Of a stretch of DNA of 64,000 nt, positions 50,096 to 63,480 are shown in pieces. This DNA is from Octopus sinensis. Taxonomy: Eukaryota. The notes beneath the pieces are model-generated. The model saw only the letters and a program-made list of their open reading frames with translations, ran no database searches and had not been told where the DNA came from. Made by a program: the position numbers and the translations under genes. The stretch covers positions 36,394,001 through 36,458,000 of the forward strand of contig NC_043009.1 of assembly GCF_006345805.1 (NCBI RefSeq), written 5' to 3'. Numbering within the stretch: position 1 is the stretch's first letter; every line of letters begins with the position of its first letter.

Positions 50096-51281
50096 TATAT
50101 ATATATATACACACACATACTCAAACATACACACAGTGACATCATTTAATGTCAAAGCAATGATTACATCTGTTTCTACAATCCCAATGTAAACTATGAA
50201 TAGAAAGAGAGAACAGTTTAGCCCTTTAGCATTTTATCCAGCCATATCCCGCCCAAGTATTCGATCTGTTTTATGTTAAGACTGACCAGATACAACCTTT
50301 CACACCTACCCTACAATGTCATTCTCGAATATATACAAACATACTATTGAAATCTTGAAGCTACAAGATAACATATGATTAATTCAAAACGATGTGAATA
50401 AATAAGCAATACATTCAACAAGGAAATTTGAAGTTGACTGGGATTTCAAGTTTTACCTATTGGCTAATTCAACCCAATCAACTAGATCTTCACAATAGAT
50501 TTGACTCTCCTTTCAGTAGTGAGTCACCTTATCAGATGCACCAGCATGTAATAATGATAAAGAAGGCAGTAAAGTGGATGAAAACAAGACAATGGTGTAA
50601 TAATAATGATGAAAAGAGGAATGAATCTCTTATTATAAAAGGCAGATTTTATCTGCCTCCCTTTGGGAGTTATACAAATCTACAATATAGGATTTCTTCA
50701 ATTACAATTTACCTAGCAGTTTTGAGAGTACAATGCATCGCGTCATGCCAGGTCCAGTTTTTAAAATTTAAACTCCAATTAAGCAAAATTTACAGAAAAC
50801 TCACATTCTGCTGTGTGTGTCAAATGCTTTTCTTAGTCTGGTTTACAGCACACGCAAACGCACACACACAGTGGGCAAGGAATAAAATGAAAGTAATTCA
50901 CTTACTGTAGTGAGTGATTCTTTCACTCTGCCTCCCACTTCCTAATTACACACATAGAAAAAACTTTTATTTTTTTACATAAGTAATGAGAGCGAAAGAG
51001 ACTAAGAGAAAGCCATTGTATGACGAGGGAAGTTCCTTTGAAGTTACCGTGCATGGGACTCATTGATGTACATGTGTGTGTGTGTGTGTGTTTGATGGAG
51101 TGTGGGAGACAGACAGTATGTTGTGTAAGTGAAGTGCTTCTGTTAGAGTGTGTGAAGAGACAGAGAGAGTAATGTGTGAAAGAGAGAGATAACTGAAATT
51201 TTTTACTCGGTTTATGTGTATATGTATGTATGCATGTATGTGTGTGTGTGTGTATGTATGTGTGTGTGTGTGTATGTATGT

Positions 51282-52126
51282 ATTTATATATAAAAGAAAG
51301 GTTGTGTGTCTGTCTACTCCGATTTAGATTCCTAACTACTCCCACATTTTGCGATGCAGTTTAACCAAAACCGGGTATCTTATAGTCGTGATTCATATCG
51401 AGCCCTTCTGGGTATTAGCGCGCGTCTACGATGAGTCTATGATTTTACAAATAATTTACCATCATTTTTTTCCATTTTAATGCATATTTTTTAAAATAAA
51501 CGGAAGTAACTCTCAAACTTCACACCAATATGCGTGCTCATATGCGACGTAATATCACATCACCAGCATTTCCTCACACCCTCCTTGCACTTGGCGAAGG
51601 CAAAATACCAGGGGATGAAAATGGTAATATTGCCATCGATTCCATTTGTACCATTGTTAAGACGCCTTCTGATCTCAGAGATGCAGTGTTCCCAGATTTA
51701 CAAGCTAATTATCAGAATATGGATTGGATTGGCAAAAAGGCTATACTGGCCCCGAGGAATAAAACTGTTCACCATATTAATGATGAAATGCTAAAACTCA
51801 TTCCTGGGGAAGTCGATGTATATCAGTCTATCGATACAACTCCTGACCCAGAGGACGTCATCAACTATCCAATAGAGGTACTCAATTCCTTTGAGCACCC
51901 CGGACTACCACCACACTTTCTCAAACTTAAAGTTAGTGCCCCTATAATGCTCATCAGAAATTTGGTTCCCCCAAAACAATGCAATGGCACACGTTTGGCG
52001 TTAAGTCCTTATCTCCCACCGTAAGCTTATTTCAATATTTGCCTGAATAATCATCATAATTCAGTGCAATCATTAACAGTACTTTCAAGCAATTCAGCCC
52101 CGAGCAACGCCGGGCAATTCTGCTAG
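51282..52126 (+). mobile_element. Helitron deletion derivative carrying a PIF1-like helicase fragment (~51506-52024)
   Basis: 5' end shared with 24350-24753; hairpin CCCGAGCAACGCCGGG and CTAG|T at 52123-52126. ORF contains AILAPRN..V..IN, YPIEVLNSFEHPGLPPH.LKLKV.APIMLIRNL..PKQCNGTRL. Confidence 0.9.
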
Positions 52127-52272
52127 TATAAAAATAAAATAGCTTTCAAAAGAACAGTAGCCATAAATCTTCAAAATCTTCACACAAATGAATCCATTAA
52201 CAAAAACAAACAACTGTCAGATAATAAAATCATTATCATCATTGTAGTAATTATCAAAAAGTGTGTACTTAC

Positions 52273-52531
52273 AGTGGTTTTCATTTGATGCTACATAAGT
52301 GAGACCTAATAAAGCTAAATTTTCAATTATGTGCAACACACATGCAATGGCTGCTAAATGTCCGTACAGTTTGTTCTTCTCAGCCAGCCTGACAGACATG
52401 TGGAAGTTATAATATGTAAATGCTACTAAAAAGCGAGGAGCACAATGAAGCCCAATACATGCTCGCCACACATATCGTTGAGGAGTAAAACCACCAATAG
52501 CTGCACTGATAGAAGGCAAGTAGTTGGGAAC
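52273..52531 (-). CDS. PGAP2: PGAP2 internal exon (259 nt)
   Basis: Acceptor tttttttcttttcAG and donor T|GTAAGT. Encodes VPNYLPSISAAIGGFTPQRYVWRACIGLHCAPRFLVAF...ENLALLGLTYVASNENH. The four exons join into a 208-aa open frame. Confidence 0.96.
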
Positions 52532-52689
52532 CTGAAAAGAAAAAAATAGAATTAAAAAACAATTTAATCATGTAAGATAATTATATATATATATTATTCT
52601 TTCATTTGTTTCAGTCTTTTGACTGCGGCCATGCTGGAGCACCGCCTTTATATATAAACATAAGGGTACCCAACGATAAAACATATACT

Positions 52690-52930
52690 AGCATCGCCTT
52701 ACTGGCACCTGTGCAGGGGGCATGCGAGGTTGTTGCCAGTACCACCTGACTGGCACGTAAAAGCACCCACTACACTCTCAGAGTGGTTGGCATTAGGAAG
52801 GGCATCCAGCTGTAGAAACTCTGCCAGATCAAGATTGAAGCCTGGTGCAGCCATCTGGTTCGCCAGCCCTCAGTCAAATCGTCCAACCCATGTTAGCATG
52901 GAAAGCAGACGTTAAATGATGATGATGATG
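52690..52930 (+). mobile_element. RTE-tail element
   Basis: Core and (GAT)n tail. Confidence 0.85.
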
Positions 52931-53466
52931 AATGTCATCATTGTTTAACATCCATTTTCCATGCTGGTATGAGTTGGACAGTTTGACAGGAGGAGCTGGC
53001 CAGCTGAAGAGCTACCTGAGCTCCATGTCTGTTTCGGCATGGTTTCTACATACAACAGAAATTGCAAACAAGAGACTCCAACTAACAACTAACACATGAA
53101 GAACTAAACCTTCCTAAGATGTTACCATCCTGTTCTTCCTCTTCTTAAGACATGCCACCTTGTTCTTCCTCTGTGGTGTTTGTCTCACCAACTCCTGAAA
53201 CCTTTCCCAAGACTATTCTTGCTCAAACAACCATTCCCCCACCACCACTACCACAGTGTCAGTGCAATACTGAGGAGTCAACCCCTAAACACAAATCAAG
53301 CCAACAAACCAACAACTCCCACCTAAATTTCATTAAATTTATATCAATACAAAATTCCCAATCTTTAAGTGTCTCAGTTTAATGGACACTTAAAAGCAAA
53401 GCTGATGAGGTTTCATCAAGAAAGGAAACAGTTTAACCCATCTTTCCATCCATGGTCACAATATTT

Positions 53467-53846
53467 GGAAGTACTCCGTCGGTTACGACGACGAGGGTTC
53501 CGGTTGATCCGATCAACGGAACAGCCTGCTCATGAAATTAACATGTAAGTGGCTGAGCACTCCACAGACACGTACACCCTTAACGTAGTTCTCGGGGATA
53601 TTCAGCATGACACAGAGAGTGACAAGGCCGGTCCTTTGAAATACAGGTACAACAGAAACAGGATGTAAGAGTGAAAGAAAGTTGTGGTGAAAGAGTACAG
53701 CAGGGATCACCACCATCCCTGCCGGAGCCTCGTGGAGCTTTAGGTGTTTTCGCTCAATAAACACTCACAACGCCCGGTCTGGGAATCGAAACCACGATCC
53801 TACGACCGCGAGTCCGCTGCCCTAACCACTGGGCCATTGCGCCTCC
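53467..53846 (-). mobile_element. Full-length tRNA-derived SINE
   Basis: Minus-strand head GGAGGCGCAATGGCCCAGTGGTTAGGGCAGCGGACTCGCGGTCGTAGGATCGTGGTTTCGATTCCCAGACC (A and B boxes); highly similar to 63086-63450. Confidence 0.9.
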
Positions 53847-54782
53847 ACTCACAATATTTACAACAGCCAACACAAACAAGAAAAAATCATTTGCTAACTG
53901 CAGTTATGAAGCTGCAACATACAGATGACAGATACAGGTGCAACAGCTGGCCAGCATCCAAAAAATGTTGGCTGTTCTCATAGCTGGCTGCATCAATTAT
54001 CACAGTCCGCCAACTTCAATTTGAATTCCACCTCTGACCACTTGTTATTGTGTGGGGGATGGAACATGCCCACATCATCGGTGGCTGTTAGTTCAATATT
54101 TAGCTGATCACTTGAGATCATTACCTATGTGTAATCCATCACCATACATTAGTGGCCTCCATCAGGATAGAAGCACAAACTGGGTGCAGTGTAATGCACC
54201 AGTGTATTTATGGAGACTGCAATACACAGCTTCCTTTTACTAAAGGTAATACCATTCCACCAGCACCCATACATACATACATACATACATACATACATAC
54301 ATACACACATTATGTGTATATTTACACACACACACTACATACATGCATACAGTCATGCATACATACACTCATGTACACATACACACTCATGCATACACAC
54401 AGGCTTACATAGACACACATGCTCACATATCCATAACTATACACTAAACAAAAATTAACTGGCATGTTTATTTATACTCTGATACACATAAACACTTTCG
54501 TACACCATGAATATAATACACACACATGCATATATACACAGATGCACACAAGCATATATCCACACACACACACATACACAGGTTTTTAGGCAACAGAGAA
54601 GCTAAGCAAGTGCAGACTGCAGTACACTGCGTCAGATATTATTGATGTAGCAATAAATATAACAGTTGAGAACCGAAGATGAGAAATATTATTGGATTCA
54701 CACATTTCTATTTCTGTTGAAACATACACTGCAGGAATAACAGCAGCAAAAACATCAATATACGCACATGTAGGAATGAATG

Positions 54783-54798
54783 TATGTGTGTGTGTATG

Positions 54799-54856
<58 letters not shown>
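54783..54856. repeat. (GT)n/(TA)n/(CA)n microsatellite, left border of the 1376-bp duplication
   Basis: Directly visible. Confidence 0.95.
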
Positions 54857-54857
<1 letters not shown>

Positions 54858-57566
54858 TCATACACACATATACATGAATGCAAATATTCAATCTTCGCAC
54901 TCTAAGTTCAAGGAATTGTATTTACTAATGCAGTTTAAAAAAGTTGGCTCTGAGGATTTAATTATTATCATTATTACATATAAATAATAATAATGGTTTC
55001 AAATTTTGCCACAAGGGCAACAATTTGGGGGAAGGGGTTAATTCAATTACATCGACCCTAGTGTACAACTGGTACTTATTTTATTGACCCTGAAAGGATG
55101 AAAGGCAAAGTTGACCTCAGTAGAATTTGAACTCGGAACATAGCAGCAGATGAAATACTGCTAAGCATTTCACCTGGTGTGCTAATAATTCTGCCAGCTT
55201 GCTGCCTTAATAATAATAATCCTTTTATTATAGGCACAAGGCCTGAAATTTTAGGGGAAGGGAACAGTCAATTACATTAATCCCAGTGCTTGACGGGTTC
55301 TTATTTTATTGACTCGCCAGTATGGAATGCAGACATTAAATACTGATGATGATGATGAAGAGGGCAAAAAAGTAAAGTTGACCGCCAACAGAATTTGAAC
55401 TTAGAATGTAAAGAACTGGAAGGAATGCCACAAAGCACTTTCTCCAGTGCTCTGACAACTCTGCCAAAGAATAATAATGTTTAAAGAGTTTGATGTCTTA
55501 CATTGGCCAGAGAGAAGAGGAGTACAGTCAATTAGTTCTCATTATTTTATCAACTCCTGGAGAATGAAAGTAAACGTCAACAAACTTTAGTTACTCACTC
55601 AACTGATGACGCCTTGGACAGAAATAATTACAGAGGTATCAAATTGTTGGACCAGGGATGAAAATTACCAAGAGAGTCATAGTTCAACTAATTAGGAAGA
55701 GAGTTAATCTAGAAGAGATGCAGTTTGATTTTGTGCCAGAGAGAAGCATTACTGTTGCTATATTCCTGGTAAGGGAACTTCAGAAGTACTTAGCCAAAAA
55801 TAAACCTCTGCACTTAGCTTTTCTTGACATGGAGAAAGCCTTTGATAGGGTCCCCTGCTCCCATATCTGGTGATCAGTGTGGAAACTAGGGATAGACGAA
55901 CAGTTGGTGAGAGTTGTACAAGGATGCTGTCAATAAGGTGAAAGTTGGCAACGTGCGTAGCAATGAATTCAGTTTAGAGGTGGTTTACCAAGGATTGGTT
56001 CTCAACACCCCCTTATAGTCCTCCAGGCTATAACAGAGTTATATCCAGTGCCAGAGACATATAATAAAAAAAGACACCTGTGCCAGTGACATATAAAAAG
56101 CACCAGTGACGGTGAAACATAAAAGGCAGCTATGCCTGTAAAATAATCCAGTACACTCTGTGGAGTAGCATCCAGCTACAGAAACCAGCCACACACACAC
56201 ACACACACACACAACACACACACACACACACATTCATACACACATATACATGAATGCAAATATTCAATCTTCGCACTCTAAGTTCAAGGAATTGTATTTA
56301 CTAATGCAGTTTAAAAAAGTTGGCTCTGAGGATTTAATTATTATCATTATTACATATAAATAATAATAATGGTTTCAAATTTTGCCACAAGGGCAACAAT
56401 TTGGGGGAAGGGGTTAATTCAATTACATCGACCCTAGTGTACAACTGGTACTTATTTTATTGACCCTGAAAGGATGAAAGGCAAAGTTGACCTCAGTAGA
56501 ATTTGAACTCGGAACATAGCAGCAGATGAAATACTGCTAAGCATTTCACCTGGTGTGCTAATAATTCTGCCAGCTTGCTGCCTTAATAATAATAATCCTT
56601 TTATTATAGGCACAAGGCCTGAAATTTTAGGGGAAGGGAACAGTCAATTACATTAATCCCAGTGCTTGACGGGTTCTTATTTTATTGACTCGCCAGTATG
56701 GAATGCAGACATTAAATACTGATGATGATGATGAAGAGGGCAAAAAAGTAAAGTTGACCGCCAACAGAATTTGAACTTAGAATGTAAAGAACTGGAAGGA
56801 ATGCCACAAAGCACTTTCTCCAGTGCTCTGACAACTCTGCCAAAGAATAATAATGTTTAAAGAGTTTGATGTCTTACATTGGCCAGAGAGAAGAGGAGTA
56901 CAGTCAATTAGTTCTCATTATTTTATCAACTCCTGGAGAATGAAAGTAAACGTCAACAAACTTTAGTTACTCACTCAACTGATGACGCCTTGGACAGAAA
57001 TAATTACAGAGGTATCAAATTGTTGGACCAGGGATGAAAATTACCAAGAGAGTCATAGTTCAACTAATTAGGAAGAGAGTTAATCTAGAAGAGATGCAGT
57101 TTGATTTTGTGCCAGAGAGAAGCATTACTGTTGCTATATTCCTGGTAAGGGAACTTCAGAAGTACTTAGCCAAAAATAAACCTCTGCACTTAGCTTTTCT
57201 TGACATGGAGAAAGCCTTTGATAGGGTCCCCTGCTCCCATATCTGGTGATCAGTGTGGAAACTAGGGATAGACGAACAGTTGGTGAGAGTTGTACAAGGA
57301 TGCTGTCAATAAGGTGAAAGTTGGCAACGTGCGTAGCAATGAATTCAGTTTAGAGGTGGTTTACCAAGGATTGGTTCTCAACACCCCCTTATAGTCCTCC
57401 AGGCTATAACAGAGTTATATCCAGTGCCAGAGACATATAATAAAAAAAGACACCTGTGCCAGTGACATATAAAAAGCACCAGTGACGGTGAAACATAAAA
57501 GGCAGCTATGCCTGTAAAATAATCCAGTACACTCTGTGGAGTAGCATCCAGCTACAGAAACCAGCC
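54857..57566. repeat. Tandem duplication, 1376-bp period (54857-56190 and 56233-57566)
   Basis: Both units contain the same SINEs and RT fragment (ORFs at 55658 and 57034 are identical); (CA)n tracts before, between and after. Confidence 0.95.
55600..56190 (+). mobile_element. Internally deleted RTE LINE (RT start joined to a degraded tail); duplicated at 56976-57566
   Basis: RNNYRGIKLLDQGMKITKRVI...EMQF.FVP...AIFLVRELQ.KYL...LHLAFLDMEKAFDRVP. Confidence 0.85.
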
Positions 57567-57866
57567 ACACACACACACACACACACACATCTTTGTACAG
57601 GTGTACAGTACATAAAAGCGTATTGTATTCCAGTCCTCAGTTTTGAACATTTTAGATGAGGATTTTTTCACTTGCCAAAAGACAAGGCCATCCATTTTAA
57701 GAGCGAGGTACAGTCAACAGAACAGACTGTTACAGTATATTATTCCTGCTTCTATTTATTTTACCAATAAAGACACATTAAAAATTCCTGTGGTGGTATG
57801 AACTCAGAACACTAAGGTACTAAACAAGACGGTATAAGGTATGCAATTCCTGCTTTCCATGAAGAC

Positions 57867-58207
57867 CAGTGGCTCTCAACCAGGATTTATATGGCCTTGA
57901 GGGTCTATATAAGATTTTTTGAAGGTCCACACAGCAAAATAGTAAATTAAGAATCCACAATAGTATTTTAAGGGTCCCTGAAAAAATTTTGCTTTAGATG
58001 TATGTATTGCAAGAAACAGCTAGGTTTCTTTCTCTAACATTTTACATAGTTTAACCTACACAAATTCATGTGTGAAAAACAAAATATGAATTTGGAAAGA
58101 AGTTTCCATGAGACTAGTTTTTAGACATCAAATGTTTGTGGGGGGGTCTACCAGAATAAAATAGTAATCAAAGGGGTTCATAGACAAAAAACAGTTGAGA
58201 ACCCCTG
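57867..58207. mobile_element. Buster/Charlie-type hAT MITE
   Basis: TIRs CAGTGGCTCTCAAC / GTTGAGAACCCCTG; 8-bp TSD ATGAAGAC (57859-57866) and ATGTAGAC (58208-58215). Confidence 0.82.
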
Positions 58208-58544
58208 ATGTAGACCATAAAACAGAAAGGGGATATAATCAGTTAAGCTAAGTATGGACTTAGTTCATTGAATACAAAATAAAAGCTGAATGCAGCAGGA
58301 TTAGATTTGAAACTAGCCAGACAAAACTAAGAGTGTAAGGCATTAAAGCTTTTTGTACCAGTGTGTCTGTCACTTTACCACTGTCTTTCACTCAATTTTT
58401 AACATTGAGACAAACTTGGAGGAAGAGAATATTAGATTTAATTGGCCCCAGGAAGAGGATGAATGACAAAAATTATCTTGGCAGCAGCTGTGTCCAGGAT
58501 GTCAAGAAATGTAACTCCTCTACCAATTCTGTTAGTCTTATCCT

Positions 58545-58708
58545 CATCACCATCGTTTAACGACCGTTTTCCATGCTAGCATGGGTTGGCCGGTTCAGCT
58601 GGGGTCTGGGAAGCTAGAAGGCTGCGCCAGGCCCAGTCTGATCTGGCAGTGTTTCTACAGCTGGATGCCCTTCCTAACGCCAACCACTCCGTGAGTGTAG
58701 TGGGTGCT
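58545..58708 (-). mobile_element. RTE-tail element
   Basis: (CAT)-rich start on + strand, then CCATGCTAGCATGG and core. Confidence 0.85.
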
Positions 58709-58949
58709 CTACATGTAATACAATAATGAATTAGCATAATTATAAGAAACTGTATAAGAAACAGGAATTGTAAATTGAAGTAGTGTAAATTTCCAACTTT
58801 AGGAAATATATCTACAACTCTGACTAACGAGGATACAATTTAACTCTTTAATTTAAATTACCCTGTCAAATGTAAAGCTTATTTATTCATATTGTTTTGA
58901 ATTAGGTATTGTCTCAGTTTTGAGATTTCGATGGCATTAGGAAGGACAC

Positions 58950-59094
58950 TTGGCGTTAGGAAGGGCATCCAGCTGTAGAAACATTGCCAGATCAGACTGG
59001 GCCTGGTGCAGCCTTCTGGCTTCCCAGACCCCAGTTGAACCGTCCAACCCATGCTAGCATGGAAAGCGGATGCTAAACGATGATGATGATGATG
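58950..59094 (+). mobile_element. RTE-tail element inserted into a TTAA-type MITE
   Basis: MITE sequence on both sides (~58860-58930 and ~59095-59217). Confidence 0.8.
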
Positions 59095-62000
59095 TGATTG
59101 TCTATTTTTAGGAAGACATTGCAAGGTAGGTAGGTGCGAGAGGCTAAACCTGGCTAGTATGAATTTAAAACAAGAGGCATATTTGAACCAGATATGGCTG
59201 GACTGAATGCTAATGGGTTAAACGACGAACAGGAGCATCAGCCAAAGTAGATAAAAATGTAACGGTTGTTGTAGCTGTTTAACTTCTAGTCAGCCTTGGT
59301 CAAGTAGAATTATGATAAAAGGCAATCTAGCCATGACCATCCTATCTCATTTCAGGCATAATGCATCTTGGATTACATTATTGAATGTATCATTCCTTTG
59401 ACAGAGTGTAATTTGAAGGAAATGTAGCTGTTATTTCTATAAGGCTGAATAACTGCATAGAGGCACTCTTATTGACTAAAAAATGCTGTGGTTGCTCTAC
59501 TTCATGTGGACCCTATTAAAAAAAATACACAAAAAAATGTAGCCTGTCCCAAGAGAAACACTAATGGTGCAGCTGAATGGCATCATTTGGTCTTTCACCA
59601 ACACTAATATCCAGAATCAATGGTATTTGTCCATCCATACATAAATATACACATATATACACATACATATTTTATAGCATTATGCATAGAAATCTACAGT
59701 AGATATTTACAGCACACTGAGAGGTGTTCTGTGAAAAAAACAGCTTAGACATGTCTACTTTGGGAATAATTGAATAATTATTATTAGTGATAATAAATTG
59801 ATGAAGAGAGAGAAATCATTATGAGATATTATGGAGTAGTTAAAGCAAGGGTGGGAAGGAAGGAAGGACTTTTTAAGAAGTGAAAAAGAATCAGAGTAAT
59901 GGTTGGAATGATTCCAGTTGTTCAGCATCTACAACAAAAGAGAATTATTTTTTATCACTTTGTTGGTTGGAATAGCAGGAAATTAACCAACTTATCATTA
60001 GACTTAGTCAAGTCAGTGCTTCAGACTGAGCTTTGGGATGATGAAGATGGTGGTGAGAGAGAAAGAATGGAGATGGAGGAAGGTAGAGAGTGGGGTGGAG
60101 AGACAAAATTAAAGGTAGAGGTAGAAATAGATAAGGAAAGACAGTGTGAGAGATAGGCAGGAGTAGAGAGGGAGAGAAAGCAGTGGCCTTCCAAATCCAA
60201 CTAATAATCAATCAGACCTAAAGGAAATAATCAAAGAGTTAAGTATTTTTTTTTTTAGCTATGAGAAGAGAGAGGTGCTAGAATTCAAAATGAAATTAAG
60301 GGGAAAATTTGCAGTTTTGGAGGAAGTGGTGAAGGTAAGATCTCAGGATGTTGACCTCATAGACGTGATGACACAGAATAAAGAAAACAGGCAACAAGCT
60401 GCACTGCAGATCCATCTAAACTATGCCAGTATAGATAAATAGGTAATGATGGTGGTGGTGGTGGTGATGGAGAAGAAGGAGGAAGAGAAGAATTTTTTTT
60501 TAAATGATTTGCAGTTGATCTTTGAGCAACCCCTGATATTTCATCCTCATGTTGTCTATTTCTTTTGGGTCCACAAGATATGCACTCCCAATGGATCACT
60601 CTCACAAGGGCAGCTCAACTACCAGACAAGTGGGGCCAGAGTTTGAGAGCAAACAGGGTTTATGAGCCCTCTTGACATTGCACCTTGAAGGGAGATCAAC
60701 TGTAACAAAAACATGATGATGATAATATTGAGCTCAATGATGAAAAATTAGTTCCATCCCAGCAATCTATTACTTATATACTATCTCTATTCAGATTGTA
60801 ACATACACTGTTTCAATTCAGGTTTCATACTCTCTATCCTCTTTCAATATATTTATTACAAAAACAATTAATATAACAGGGAAAAAAGTACCATGCAAAC
60901 AATAAATGCAAAATTTGTTTTCTTAATTTTTCTTTGTGCTTTATTTTGTACGTATAAGACAACAGAGTTAGTTAGTTCAATTCCTTGCATGTTACCAGAA
61001 CTGTTTTAATTTCATCAAACCCAGAAAGGATTGAAAGTAAAAACATTGATCTCAATGACACTTAATATCAGAACTACATGACACTACTTTTGATAATCCC
61101 AAGAATCAGATACCAACATGGACCTACTCAAGACTAAGACACCAAAGCTCTCCACCATCAACACAAACAGTAGTGAAATATTTTGGCAACAGAAAATCAT
61201 ATGGAAATTTTGCCAAATATTGACTAACTGTTCCCATAATTCCAAGTGGAATCATTTGAAGAAAACATACCATCTTAGGTATCTTTTCAACATTGAATTC
61301 TCACATGGCTCAATGCCATACACGAGGTGATTGTATTGACCTCAGTACGTGACTGATAATTATTTTATTAACACCAGACAAATAAGAAGTAAAATCAGCT
61401 TGAGCAGAGTTTAAACTAGTCTTGCATGTCTCATGGATGTATTTTATCACATTACTAGCCGTTGAGAGGTAGTCCCATTACAAGAGAACTAAAGAATTCC
61501 TCTACTCTTACAGAGTTCCTGTTTGGAATTACTGTCCTCTTAGACAAGTACTCACTAATGCAGCTTGTGGATTTAATGTTTCACTCATTCATTCTATTTT
61601 GGGATATGGTTTCTACAGCCGACTGCCCTTTCTATCACCAACCACAACAGAGTCCCTTCTACATATCAATTCGTATTCAGAGTTATTGACTCCGAGTCGG
61701 ATACACTGTGATGTGGCTTACTCATGTTTTACCAATATAGAGAGGGATTAGGACCATAGCTGCAGAATGGTAATCTGATGCAACTTGGCATAAAGGCAGG
61801 TCACCATTATTTAGGCTGAAGTGGGGAGGAAGATATTTTTGCTAGCTGAAGTGAGGCAGTATCCATGGCACTACTTAAAAGGGCATATCAAGAAGTTCTT
61901 GCAAAGTTGCAAAGTACTTGTTACATTTGGTGTCTATCTCCTTATCCAAGAGGATAAGGAAATAGACAAAGAACATGTTTTACCAACAAAATCACAGTTG

Positions 62001-62187
62001 TAACTCCTTATCCTCTTGGTGATTTTGGATAAAAAAATTATACATATGAGTCCTTCGAATTTAACTAAATTCTATAATTTTAGGCACTGAAGATTGCTCT
62101 ACATTTTAAATTGATGTAGTCTGTTAAAGGTCCTATACATGTTCATTACATATATATAACTATTGTGAATGTATTATATTTATATCA

Positions 62188-62733
62188 TCTCTTATATAAA
62201 ATCCATTCTGTCTGTCTGTCTGTGTGTCTTCTCGGATCTTGGGCATCCTCCATCCGATTGCGCTCAAATTTTAATATGTATTAATATGTATCAGGGTATG
62301 TATAAGTCTTGAAAAAATCGATTCCAGGTGAGAATGTGATCGATAAAGCCGTTTTTGTCCTGATTTTCTTCTGTCAACCTGTACATAACTACACCTTCCA
62401 TTTTTTGTCATTTTTGCACTGCTTAAAGGTACATTTCTTTCCTGCCAAGTTTACTGTTTAAACCATGTTTGTGTTCTCCCAGTCAACAGCCTTATCATTA
62501 CTGGTACTTTAAACTCTTTGGTTGCTTATTTGTGTGAATAAAATTGTTTTACTTTGGGATAGAAAAAAAGCCTATCTTTATTTCTTCTTTTGCTGGTGTC
62601 CCAAATTTTGGTTAAATCAGTGTTTCTCAAAGGGGAGGCCTATGGGACGGTCAGACAAGTTGTTTTGAGAAAATTTGGTTTAAATGTTTGACAACTCAGC
62701 ACCGTTCATTGGAGGGGGGGGGCGTTTTACTAG
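62188..62733 (+). mobile_element. Probable non-autonomous Helitron-like element with a (TCTG)n tract
   Basis: A|TCTCTTATATAAAA start followed by (TCTG)n; ends CTAG|T at 62730-62733; the subterminal hairpin is unclear. Confidence 0.5.
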
Positions 62734-63085
62734 TTATTATAATAATAATGTTATCATTATGATTCATATTATTTTTATATTCATAATATAGTTTCTAACT
62801 GTGATGAAACATGTATAGCATGGAATTGAAAAATATACCAAATTTTCCAGTCATTGTTTTAATATATACTTACTCTACAGACATTATAATTCATCAGGAC
62901 TTTCAACTAGTATAGATGACTCATCTAAAGTAAAACATCCTACATACATGCATTTTATTACTGGAATGTGTAGATGTCCATCATGAGCATACAGCTTGGA
63001 TTATAACCCCTTCTAGCTGACACATAGTCAGATAGAAAGGATGGAAAGAGAAAGTATTGCATGTTTGTGTATGTATGTGTGTGGT

Positions 63086-63450
63086 GGAAGCACTCCATCG
63101 GTTACGACGACAAGGGTTCCGGTTGATCCGATCAACGGAACAGCCCGCTCGTGAAATTAACGTGTAAGTGGCTGAGCACTCCACAGACACGTACACCCTT
63201 AACGTAGTTCTCGGGGATATTCAGCGTGACACAGAGAGTGACAAGGCCGGCCCCTTGAAAAACAGGAAGTAAGAGTGAGAGAAAGTTGTGGTGAAAGAGT
63301 ACTGCAGGAATCACTACCATCCCTGCCGGAACCTTGTGGAGCTTTAGGTGTTTTTGCTCAATAAACACTCACAACACCTGGTCTGGGAATCGAAACCGCG
63401 ATCCTACGACCGCGAGTCCGCTGCCCTAACCACTGGGCCATTGCGCCTCC
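63086..63450 (-). mobile_element. Full-length tRNA-derived SINE
   Basis: Same head and body as 53467-53846. Confidence 0.9.
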
Positions 63451-63480
63451 GTATGTGTGTGTGTACATACATACATATAT

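Noticed and set aside
50428-51345. 160-aa and 140-aa ORFs
   Set aside because: Low-complexity or microsatellite-derived, with no homology.
54170-54243. WVQCN PHD-finger-like word
   Set aside because: The remaining Cys/His ligands are absent in frame.
61950-62040. CCTTATCC-AAGA-GGATAAGG hairpin and a nearby inverted partial copy
   Set aside because: Too short (8-14 bp) to distinguish from background.
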